Part shown: piece by piece, positions 13,501-26,400 of the stretch
How the letters are laid out: every line of letters starts with the position of its first letter
How positions within the stretch are numbered: position 1 is the first letter of the stretch
From: Balanoglossus misakiensis
Lineage: Eukaryota > Animalia > Hemichordata
DNA length: 64,000 bases
NCBI GenBank assembly: GCA_040954595.2
Contig: CM082577.2
Coordinates: forward strand, 19,876,303-19,940,302
Direction of reading: 5' to 3'
Translations under genes and position numbers: made by a program
Notes under the pieces: model-generated
Databases searched by the model: none
Told to the model about the DNA's origin: nothing
The model's input: the letters and a program-made list of their open reading frames with translations, nothing else

Positions 13501-16500
13501 AGAAAACTGATGATCAATACATATGATGATTGACCGATATAATCATAATATTACATGAAATTTAAAACAACTCGAACTGTGTATTTTAACATGATTTCAA
13601 CATGGACTATTTATCTCATTTAATATCACCCGTGAAAATTACCATATTTTGTGGGCAATAACATATGCAATAATTAGGGGTTATTACACGAATTTTGGTT
13701 GATAACGCGTTGTATTCGAGTGATGTCCGTATTTTGACGAGTTGCGCTTCGGACATCACGAGAATGCGTGTCGTTATCGACCAAAATTCGTGTAATAACC
13801 CCTTTATCATACATGCCTACCTATAAAAAAGTACGATTTGCGAAAATGTGCCGAGAAAAACGATTTCAAATTTGAACCAGGTGCCCTGGGATCACGGCAG
13901 TAGCCATGTTGTGACGTATGACGTGTGGGCCGTAGTATCATTTTAAGGGGGTTGGCAGCTTTCATTACGATGGGCACATCCGCATTCTAAATAAAATTGT
14001 CTACGTTCTCTTTCAAAATATCATGTTAACAATTATTTTGCATTGAGAATTTCGAAGAACTAAAAATGATGCATTCAACATAACAAAACCGCCAGCTTTG
14101 AAAACTTTATTACAGCTTCTAATAACCGAATTTTACAACACCCCTCTCCACTAGAGTCCTATGCCCCGTGTGTCGCTCGCGCGCGCAGCGAACTGTCGCG
14201 CCGATACGCGGACGCGATATTTTCACATTGTGAAATACCGTAAAATATCTTCGGGGCGAGAACAATAGAAAGTGTTAAAAAACTTAAATACAGGCGTTGC
14301 ATGTATGATAATACTTTTTACAATTTCAAATGTTGCCTTATTGATATTCTGTACATTAAATCTAGACTAGCCCACTAGTCGCTTGGTGATTTTTAAATCT
14401 CAATACTTTTTGTGTTTTCGGTGGTTTTTTGTCGTAATAAATAATCTCAATACTTTTTGCATGCATGCTTGCCTTAAGCGTGTTTTTGGTAGTGAGGCGA
14501 GTTTCGAATTTGCGACTGAGCTTGTGGTTACGGGTAGCGTCGACCAAGCGACTAGTACACCTTGCAAAATCTACAAACGCTCAGGCCGTTTGTTGACATA
14601 GTCGAGAATGATTGACAGGGGCGTCGATCCCGTGCGCCAATGAGAATAAAGAGATGTGATATAACGTGAACGCGTAGAACCCACGTTCGTAAGTCAAGTA
14701 CGGCGCGACCTGTGATGTCAACGTCTGTTTGTGTGGCACGCGCACTCTGTAATTTGAGCGTATACATCGTACAGTGTCGCTGCACTGCAACTGGTTTCAG
14801 CCATCAGACCATAAAAATTGATGAACGAATTTCACATAAAATGAGTAAACCCGTTTGCGTTTTCGCTATGAGATACCCAAATATGATTTTCGGGTACTCG
14901 AGGTAATGCATTGAAACTCCGCCCACTATTTAAATTAGCTAATGAATATTCATAAATGACGTCAACATGAATAATTCATAGCAACCGGAAAGCAGCAAAG
15001 TATACAAGTCTATGGGCCGACACGTTCCCTACACAGCCCATAGACTTGGAGCAAGTCTACATTAAATCCTACATGTAGGCTCCTGATATGTGTTGAAAAT
15101 TGATCACTGACAGTATGTTTTCTTGCAGGTTATGATCTCATAGAATGGTTAATGGAAAATTTAGACATACAAGACTCCATTGAGGCCTTGCATTTATCCA
15201 ATCTATTCTGTCAGTATGGGTACATCTTTCCAATCCAGGATATCAGAAACTTGGTTGTTAAAGATGACAGCACACTCTATAGATTCCAAAGTCCTTATTT
15301 TTGGCCTTCTCAAAATTGGAAACCAGACAATGCTGATTATGGTAAATGACTCCTACAACTAGTCTTGCACCAACAAGCAAGATTGTATGACATATGAACA
15401 TGCAAATGAACAGATGATGGATGCGCATGTGACTTACTGAGTCATGCAATGTTTTTGTTGGAGATACCCCAAAATGGCGACCCGCGTTCACGTGACCTGG
15501 TATAACATATGGTTTGGGGATATAGTATTACAGTGTACAAACCTGCACATATATGTATTGGGCAGTAAGCTGTAATTTGGCTTTTAAGTCATCTGAAGAT
15601 GTCCAACTACACATTTTTGTGTATTTCATTTAGTGATTCCTTTTTATTTCTTGTTCTCAGCCATCTATCTTGCCAAGCGGACAATGCGAAATAAACAGAG
15701 ACATGGTTTGGATGAATATGAATCAGTAAGTTTTTCTTGTGTGACTGCTGTATGATGGCAGTGCATGAAGTGTAAACTAGTACTAGCAATATTCTCATAT
15801 TTTTATATGTTAATGTCTGCCTCTGGCATATCATATAATGATAAGTACCAGGTACTCGCATGACAAATGATCTTTGTTGAATATCCCAAGATTTTTGATA
15901 ATCTTTGTAATATTGCATAAGGGACCGTTCAGTTTTTACGGCCGGGGGGGGGGGGGGGGGGGGGGGGTCACTAAAGTCCTAAAGGGGGGGAGGGGTCATC
16001 TGGTTTTTTTAAACGTTTAGGGGGGGGGGTCACATACTTTTGCCACCGAACTTTTGCTTTTGAGTCCTTGAAATTGCAGTTTCGCGCCCTTTATTTTGCA
16101 AAATTTTCTAATGTGGGAGGGGGACACCCTAACCGAGGAGCCCTGGACTGGAGACCTAACCCTAATCCTAACCCCAGACTGGAACCCTAACCCTAATCCT
16201 AACCGAGGAGCCCTGGACTGGAGACCTAACCCTAATCCTAACCCCAGACTGGAACCCTAACCCTAATCCTAACCGAGGAGCCCTGGACTGGAGACCTAAC
16301 CCTAATCCTAACCCCAGACTGGAACCCTAACCCTAATCCTAACCGAGGAGCCCTGGACTGGAGACCTAACCCTAATCCTAACCCCAGACTGGAACCCTAA
16401 CCCTAATCCTAACCGAGGAGCCCTGGACTGGAGACCTAACCCTAATCCTAACCCCAGACTGGAACCCTAACCGAGGAGCCCTGGACTGGAGACCTAACCC

Positions 16501-19500
16501 TAATCCTAACCCCAGACTGGAACCCTAACCCTAATCCTAACCGAGGAGCCCTGGACTGGAGAATAAACCCTAATCCTAACCCCAGACTGGAACCCTAACC
16601 CTAATCCTAACCGAGGAGCCCTGGACTGGAGACCTAACCCTAATCCAAACCCCAGACTGGAACCCTAACCCTAATCCTAACCGAGGAGCCCTGGACTGGA
16701 GACCTAACCCTAATCCTAACCCCAGACTGGAACCCTAACCCTAATCCTAACCGAGGAGCCCTGGACTGGAGAATAAACCCTAATCCTAACCCCAGACTGG
16801 AACCCTAACCCTAATCCTAACCGAGGAGCCCTGGACTGGAGACCTAACCCTAATCCTAACCCCAGACTGGAACCCTAACCCTAATCCTAACCGAGGAGCC
16901 CTGGACTGGAGACCTAACCCTAATCCTAACCCCAGACTGGAACCCTAACCCTAATCCTAACCGAGGAGCCCTGGACTGGAGACCTAACCCTAATCCTAAC
17001 CCCAGACTGGAACCCTAACCCTAATCCTAACCGAGGAGCCCTGGACTGGAGACCTAACCCTAATCCTAACCCCAGACTGGAACCCTAACCCTAATCCTAA
17101 CCGAGGAGCCCTGGACTGGAGACCTAACCCTAATCCTAACCCCAGACTGGAACCCTAACCCTAATCCTAACCGAGGAGCCCTGGACTGGAGACCTAACCC
17201 TAATCCTAACCCCAGACTGGAACCCTAACCGAGGAGCCCTGGACTGGAGACCTAACCCTAATCCTAACCCCAGACTGGAACCCTAACCCTAATCCTAACC
17301 GAGGAGCCCTGGACTGGAGAATAAACCCTAATCCTAACCCCAGACTGGAACCCTAACCCTAATCCTAACCGAGGAGCCCTGGACTGGAGACCTAACCCTA
17401 ATCCTAACCCCAGACTGGAACCCCACCCCCTTCATACTCCGCCACATCATTTTTTGCTGGTTTGTCTAGTGTACCAGGGCAGAGTGCTTGCCACCCCAAC
17501 CCCACTGATGATAATATTTAACAAAGTAAATACTTAAGGGAGAATAATCGTTTAAACCATTTCACATAACTGATAGTTTCGCGCTGCATCTTCTATTGGT
17601 AGAAGTTTTATAAATGATGTCATGACGTGGATGACGCCAAATCTTCTAACTTTGAGTGGAGTGGCAAAAGTAAAATTGGTCCTCCCAAACATTGAGATAA
17701 TTTGCTTTTGAGTTCATTAAAATGCAACTTTGCGCTACATATTTTACAAAAATGTCTTATTACCCACCCCCTCCATGCATTTATTTGCTGGTTTGTCTAG
17801 TATACCGGGGCAGACTTCTTGCCACCCCACCCCCGATGCTTACTAAGTACTTTGAGTGGAGTGGCAAAATTAAAATTTGTCCTCCCTAACATTGACTTAA
17901 TTTGCTTTTGAGTTCATTAAAATGGAACTTTGAGCACCGTATTTTACAAAAGTTTCTTATGCGGGAGGGGGACACCCCCTCCCACGCCCACCCCCGCCAC
18001 TTTTCTTGTTTTACCAATTCTAGCAACTATTGTATTGACTTGTCATTTTAATTTGTTTATAGATTTCTTTTTTGCAACGATATACTATTATATACTTCAA
18101 TTACTTTAAGAAATTTATAATTGTGGTATGAGGAGCCTCATTCCCTATATTGCATACAGTGTACATAGGATCAGGACGGCGAATGTTTTTGGCGGGGGGG
18201 GGGGGGGGGGGGGTCATCATATTTTTGGGTCTGTCAAAGGGGGGGTCATCATTTTTTGGTGCTGAGTGAAGGGGGGGTCGGCCTGATTTTGAAAACCGAT
18301 GACACAAACTTGCCGCCCCCCCCCCCCTGCCGTAAAAACTGAACGGTCCCTAATATCAAATCTTCCTTTACCAATTCGATTTTGCTTTGATTTTTAGTCC
18401 CCTATACTTAAATATGTCAGTAAACTAGAATTAATCATTGTTGTTCATTTTGTGAACTTTCAGACTGAGTGTGAAATTCTGCTGAAAATTTGTAACATTT
18501 AGTCTAATTTCACCTATGGACTATCATAACGTCTTCAGTTGCTATAATCAGTGGTTTCTGATCAATATATGTCATTGTATTTGCTGATGTGAAGGAGTAA
18601 GAATGAGATCAATATTGTGGTATATTTTCTGCAAGATTTGATGATTTTTCATTTTATTTTCAGTTTTTTAATCCTTACAGGTACAAGTGAAAATGTTAAG
18701 GCACACTGTATTCAAAAATACTTGAAATATAATGAACATATATTTTGTTTAAAATCTCAATGGCTATGGATTAGACAATCAATAAATAATAATGCTTTTT
18801 CATGTTTACACAAACAAAACCAGAAAGCCAACTTCATGACTGTTTTTACCAAAACATGATGATTGTGTAAGACTTCTCGATGCATGCTTGTACTCTTTCT
18901 ATTACATGTCACTTTGTCATGCTAGGTTTGGATGGTTTGAGTATGACTGAATGAAAAGATAAAAAAAACCAGATTTATAGATAAAAATAACATGTTATGT
19001 TTTAATTATATTTTGGTGTTGTTTTTTTAATCAGAATGCATTTTCAAAGCTTCAGCGCATGTTGTGTCATAAATGGGAGTTTGTGTTTATGCAAGCTGAG
19101 GAACAAATAAGGTAATTAATAGACCTTCACCGAATAAGGTCATGGTTATTGTAATGTTTCACATAGTGAAAAATCATGTCAGCTTGTAGACAATATTGGT
19201 GCTGAAAAATTTCCTACTTTCAATGTTTTATGTCTTGTTATTTAACATTTGTGTGCTGCAAAAAATTATATTTTGGTTCGAGTGTTGGCAAACATGCCCT
19301 CCAACAGTGAACTTTTGAGTCCTGGCAGGCTGGCAATCAGCAGTTCAGAGTGAAGGAAAGACAATGACGTGGATAGTTTTGTTTGTTCTCTAGAAATAAT
19401 TGTTTATATGTGGGTGATTATTTTAATGATTTTTTTCTGTACGTGTTGATAGAATTGCAAAACAGCGGAAAAAAGCAGACAGAATAGTCCTAGACAGTCA

Positions 19501-22500
19501 AGAGAGAGCTTTTTGGAGAGTTCATCGACCTCCAGTAAGTCACAATATATTGTTCTGTTTTCCCTATGGTCATCCATAACTTCCTCCAGACATCTTAAAG
19601 ACATTACCACCCTAATTTTGACTGTTTTTTGACAAATATGATTGGCATGTGGGATACAGTGTATATGTTGATAATAGTTAGGCCTTAGGGTTTCTTTGAT
19701 CAACATCACAATATCACAATTTATTCAAATGATGTGATCATATTTTTGTTTAACAGCAGGAAGTCAAAATATGGCCGCATCACAAGAATGCAACAAAATA
19801 TAGATCAAACTTTGTGTAATACACAGGGTTCGTACGGTCCTGGAATCTCCTGGAAATTCAAAATTTCTCCTGGAATCTTCTGAAAAACTGTGAGTCACGA
19901 TCGCATTTCACCGGATCGTGCAAACATTTGAATCATCGTGAAACGTGAAATAGTATACACATGATGACTGACAAAGAGGGCAACAGTGTATTTTGATGTC
20001 CGAGGGCGCTGCTAGTCACAACTAAAACAGACTGTTTTGGTGTGACTGGCAGTCCCGAGGTCATCAAAAATACACTGTTGCCCGAATATGTCAGTCATCA
20101 TGTGTTTTGTAACACACCAAACACGACACACACCACATCCAGGCAACAGTACTGGACAGAAACCGATCGAACTGATGCCCTAGGGAACAGTTCGAAATGA
20201 CTAAGGTCACGTGACGGCGTATTGACGAATCACGATCGAGGGTTTGCGGCATGGTGTGTTACAATACGCATTGCCCATTTCACTCAGTCAAACAGCAGTA
20301 CACTGCCCATTTCACTCAGCGCACCAGTTATCTTTAAACAGGCGTCCTAAAAATAGTATCATTGACATAGTAATGCACAAATTGCAACAACTAACGCAGC
20401 TCAGCATTCTGGTCGCAACAAAATATCTAAAACTTGACAAAAGATGTAGCAAAAATGCAGACGTTTTTTTATATTTTGTAATGTTTTCAGCAGCAAAACA
20501 GTAATTTCCATCAGTAATTTGTCAATTTTATCAGGACATAGATCATTGCTTTAGGGACCGTTCAGTTTTTACGGGCGAGGGGGGGGGGCAAAATCCAAGG
20601 GGGGAGGTCACTTAAATTTTGAAATCCAAAAGGGGGATCATCTTTTTTTTTAAGTTTAGGGGGGATCACATACTTTTGCCCGCAACTTTTGCTTTTGAGT
20701 CTACAAAATTGGAGTTTCAAGCCCCCCCCCCCCTTTTTTTTTACAAAATTTTTTAATGTGGGAGGGGGGACACCCCTTCATTGGTCATTGAAATTTGTAC
20801 TATCACAGTCGAAAGTCATTAAATGATTTGTTAAACTAGAATAACAAGTTCATGTGAATGTAACAGTAATAGTAATTTTTTTTGTTGCGTAAAACATCCT
20901 GGAAAATGGCATTTTTACCACAAAAACTCCAGGAAAATTACTGGAATTTTGAATTGCTCTAGGTGTATGAACCCTGAATACATTGCAATTTTTGTCAAAA
21001 AATTGTTTTCTTTGAAACCACATTGCTTTGAACTTTGGCAGGCATGTTCCTTGTGGTGACTAAAGTATTGTAAATTTTGTACAATACTTGCATAATTTTT
21101 TTGCCACTTTGTTTTCTTTGAAACTGCTTGTTGGAATGCTTTGAAATTTGGTTGGAATATTCCTATGGGTAACCCAAGTTTTTCTCTGATTGCTTTGGAA
21201 TTTAATATACAATTTCATAACACATATATGTGCAACTTTTATTTAATTCTGATGTCAGAAATTTTCAATATTTAGCGAGTTTATTTTGTAAATTTCTTTA
21301 TTTTTTGTTACCAAATTTTCTCCTAAACCAATTGTCCAGTTTTTTTGACAGTTACTGTTTACAAGGAGTTGGTACAGCCATAACGCAACAGCTTGAAGCT
21401 TCATTAGCATATTATCGCCTATCCAGATCAGAACCATAACATTTTGAAGGACCACTCACTGACCGTTTTTTGAGGCATTTTCAACTAGCCGTAACTTTTG
21501 CTAGAGTGCATTATTTTAAATCATGTACACGGGCAAACCTCATCTGACATGTCTTATTTCGTGCCATCCAAATGGATTTTGGAATTATTTACTGAAATAT
21601 TGATATTACGGCGATTTTCCTAAGGTTACTTCAGCGGTCGAAAATATGGTCCAGCTTTTCGCTTCCAATTTCCATAATATGTACCGGAAAATTTACAGAT
21701 TTCAGGGCAATGTGGGTTTTTCTACACTCTAAATGACCGTGTAAAGAAAGTTGGTAAAGATACAAGTGTAACGGGTGGTTTTACCCGGAAGTCGTCACAT
21801 GACCTACTTGTGACCCGAGGTTTCCTTGCCGCTGATGTAAACACTTGTAAATACGCAACTATCCCAGTTGCTTGTTGCAGTTTCTGTTTAACCCGATTTT
21901 GGAGTTGAAAGAATCGGATTGATTTTTTACAAACATTTTAACGTTTTTCATTTTGTGAAACACCACAGTCAACGAAATCTGTAAGTATTTTATTCTTGCA
22001 ATGGCTGTGGTGTGGAGACATCGCCGAAAGTGGACACACAGCCCTGGCATGCAGAGCCAGCCTTGTGTGTACCGTACCATATACGACATTGAACCGGTAA
22101 TCATTACTGATGAAGTATTAACCGAAGTTTCACTAGTACAGAGACATGTACAATGATGTAGGTGCAGTTGCATGTTTGTTCCAATGAAGACTCAATTATT
22201 AAAGGAATGAAAATTGACTAAGACCTCACTTTGGGTTTATGTGGATTTTTATGCATACACACAGCCGGCCGCTAGTGATATTAATACTGTCCAAAATAGA
22301 GAGTTTAGGCAGATCTCGATGATCATCGTTAATTTGCATTATATTATACCAGTATATTGATGGTGTAAATCACGCTATTTGATTGGTCGAGACACGACAC
22401 GTGACCGTGATATATTAGCCATATACCACAGTCATATATCATAGTCAAAGAAAATGCCTTTTTAAAATGTTTTATGCAAAGTTTCAATATACTGACATAA

Positions 22501-23434
22501 TATAATAGCAATAAAACACCCCCAGCCATGGTATACCACGAGATTTTGACCAGTTCAACTCCATATACGCACTCGCTATCGCTCGTGCGTATATGTCGTG
22601 AACTGGTCAAAATCTCGTGGTATACCATGGCTGGGGGTGTTTTATTGCTTAAATAATACATGTTGTAGGTACCATGTTAGTTTATAAAATAGGCCATATA
22701 AGATGAACTCATTTCCAATATTTTCATTTATCAACACTACATGTGGGACGTACTTAAACCATCTCTCGTAAACAATATACACATGCTGCACTGAATGCTC
22801 GATATGGGCCACGTTGTAAACTACCGCCATTTCCCACTGAAAATGACCTTGTCAAGGCAAAAAGTAAACAAATTACGTTACGTTATTTCTCTGAAACTAT
22901 AGCATTAATCCTCAAAAATACTCCCGAAGATATAGTTCGATATATGTACCTTTAAATCCAACAAAATTACTCAGAACGCTCGCCATTGACCCAATTCAGA
23001 CACCCTTTTCGGGGCTCAGTGTAATGTTTTTCGAATCAGATTCCTCATTTGCATATGTTAATGAAGGCGTTACGTTCTGGCTGGGTACCCCCAACTAAGA
23101 GATGTTTACATAACTTTAATAGGCCAGCTATTACAGAGACCACCATCTATTTTATTTTTGGCTCCGAAGTGTAGACGAGGAGTCTTTGATATTGGAAATT
23201 CAGATACTTCCGGTGTGAACTTCCATTCGTCAATATCTGTCAAACTGTCAAGAATGCATACCATTTACTGGTAGGGTCGTGTAGCTTAATTTAGTTTTGA
23301 GGTGTTGAGAGAGAATTGGAACAATGACTGTAGACAGAAATGGGGAGTAGCCAGTGTTAAGTTTTACTTCGAGGTTTCTGAGTTGCCTGTTACCTATTAC
23401 AGAAACCAGCTTTGTGTTGGTGTGCTGTTTGTGT

Positions 23435-23478
<44 letters not shown>

Positions 23479-26400
23479 TAGACGTGATGGGAGTCTGGTT
23501 GAACGGTATAGCCTGATGAGCAAGCGTTGTTGCTAAGCGACCTACATTTTGTATCTTGGTAGTGATCGTCAAGCGCCTCAACCATTTGCTGGTGCGTTAT
23601 TTTTAATTACCAGTGGCAGGTCAGTGAGCGACTCTGTCTGCCTGTCCCATTTCGATATATATATATGGTTAGGTCATATCTGCATGCCAATATCACATGT
23701 GATTTTTATTCTGGTGTACAGTGGAACACCGGATTATCTAAACACTGATTATCCAAATTTCGGGTTATCCGAACATGACACTTCGGTACGGTCCGTGAAT
23801 ATTTAATTAGCCGGGCCAAGCACCTGTTTTCTCGGCGGTCTGTGACATTTGCGCAGGAAAACTAACAATTCAGACGATTTTCTTTGGTCAGTTCTAATCG
23901 TTTATGTTGAAATGGGTGGTTGGACTTAGGACCATAAAGACACCAACTCTAGCGAAATCTTCCATTTCTACCAGGCCTTCGCACGTACGATGACGAGAAC
24001 GTGTCTGGGGAACGCGTATGATCACGATGCGAAACTGATCAGATTGTTGCAGCTTTGACTTCATCTTGATTTCTTTTTAAACTATTTGAACTCTTAATTT
24101 TTTTTAAATACAAGAAGGCAATTTGTGTTTTATTTATTAATTTCTTTTTGTGCATGGAAATCCAGATGCATTTATAGGGAAATATCCTAACGTACGCACA
24201 CCCCAATGGTGTGGTCAATTTCCTTTGTTCGGATGTGCCAATATCAATTATCTGAACAATCAGTTATAATTGGCGTTCCACTGTATATGTATTTTCATGT
24301 AATCCTCAAATGAGATCACAGTGTCCTTGACACTATGTTTTATAGCCAGGACTGGTCTTAGCATTGGAAGTTGGCATCAAGAGAACTTGTAGAGCGGGAT
24401 CATTTAATGTGAAAAAACGGAGAACTATGGAAGATTACAAGAAACAGGTACTTCCTGCTTGCTGTATTGAAGTTTTTTGATCGATTAGGCATATCTGTCC
24501 CGTCCGTGCATCCATCACCAGTGATTTCTCTGGCATTTGTAAAGCGAATTTTTAACAACTTGACTGAAGTATAGTACCCACGGCCACCGTATAGTATTTC
24601 AATGCACTCCTCTTGCTTTCACAAAAGATTCACTTGTTAGTGATATCCAGAGCTATATCCTCTGAATGTAAATTACCCTTGATGTCTGGTAATCATACTT
24701 GTATTATCTGAATCTGAAATTGCCATAACCACCATCATTGAATATATCCAGAACTACATGTTGCTACTGCAGTAGTACCAAGCAAACAATGTACACTGAA
24801 ATACCCCACTATGGCTTTCACCCCAAACTGATATCACAGTGTTTAGAATGAACGAAAACAGACCCTCAGTAGCCCGCAAACCCTGACCCTATCAATACTA
24901 TTCAGCAACAGTGACGTGTCATCCATGAAGACTGGTTATCATGTGCTCCATAGACAGAGTTAGCTTGTTGAGTCCAAACCTGTGCATTGATTGATTGATT
25001 GTCCGTGGGGCAAGCTGTCACATGGGCCTTCCTACAGTATACAAAAGTGAGGGAAACACACTTTTTGGTAATGGATGCATAACCGTGAAATGTCTAAAAC
25101 TGATTTGTTCTTAAGTTCAATCTATGTGTGCAAAAATTATGTTTCAGCGATTTTGTAACATTTTTATTTTTCTACAAATGTATAATTATTCTGTTGTCTA
25201 TATCATATTTCCACTATTGTAGTGTTCATGTATTTGCAAAACTGTGTACAGTGAAAAGGGATGTGAAGTTAACTTTAATCTATCATGTCAGTATTCTTTG
25301 TATTTTAAAAGATGTCAATCCCACTTACAAAAAAATAGCATCTTTAGTACAATTACAATGCATCAACTCAGATATTCTAAACTGTCATTTTCCCTCTTTC
25401 TGTAGATTGCATATCTGCAACGAGCTCTGCAAAGACCAAGATTGAAAGCATCCAAAGCAATTCACTAGTAAGTCTCACTTTTCGATGGTACATTGTTGTA
25501 TTCTTAATCTAGTATTTCAACGTGCAATTCAGTAATTGATTACTGATCCAATATTTTTAGGTACATTTATATTCATGCTCTTCAACTAGTGAAAATATAA
25601 CATATCAAATGTCAGTTAAGATTACCTGTATAATGTTATTACACAACCTATGCTATGAGGAAAAAAAGTCTACATTTTGCAATTTTATGGCTGATCATTG
25701 TCTTCCTCATGCTAAATGTCTGATGTTAATGTTTGTGTTCCCCATCTGGTAAAACCAGGGTAAACAAACCCTTTTTCCAGTTGAAGTGGAATCATGTAGG
25801 ATTCTCTTCCTATATGATCAGTTATGACTGCCTTGTCCCCCCCCCCCCATCCTCTTTTCTTTTACTGTCCCCTGGAGTATTACAGCTCCATCCTATGATA
25901 CAAGTTATTTTGTTTATCACACACTGCTGTAAAGAGAACAGACCAGAACTGCATTTTGTTGATTGGTAAACAAATTTTATTCAAGTTATTCTGTGATGTA
26001 TTTTTCTTAGCCTTATCCACCGATGTGAGCAGTATGCAGAGCATGATCCAATCCTGGCCGGAGCACAGCCCAGCAATCCATGGGTGACAGATGATACAAC
26101 AATGTGGAATCTTAACACAGTTCTGTGAGTTGCCTCTCTGTTTTTTTGTATAGTTAGGTATCTTGCAAGGTGTTGACAAACCCTCTCATGGCACATTAGA
26201 AGTAGGGTTCTGTTTGTGGAAACAAACAAACAAACAAATAAATAAATAAATAAATTAACAAATATAAATAAATAAATAACAAATAAAGAAACCACTACTC
26301 GGTGTCTTGAATTGAGCCTCCCACCGCGTGATTGATCAGCTGACACTGAAGTTGCTTGTGACAAAGGTCCTGTCCGTATTTTTTATTTATTTATTTATTT

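Noticed and set aside
16126-17425. CRISPR array or true telomere
   Set aside because: Spacers are repeated rather than unique, there are no cas genes, and the array is internal to a MITE in an intron, not pure TTAGGG
22344-22661. Recurrent [21 protein letters not shown] (also 60186-60593)
   Set aside because: Translation of the palindromic family B repeat; no recognisable domain or splice context
23505-23555. CTGATGA hammerhead candidate
   Set aside because: No GAAA box or consistent stems
23248-23585. His-Thr repeat ORFs
   Set aside because: Translation of a (CA)n microsatellite
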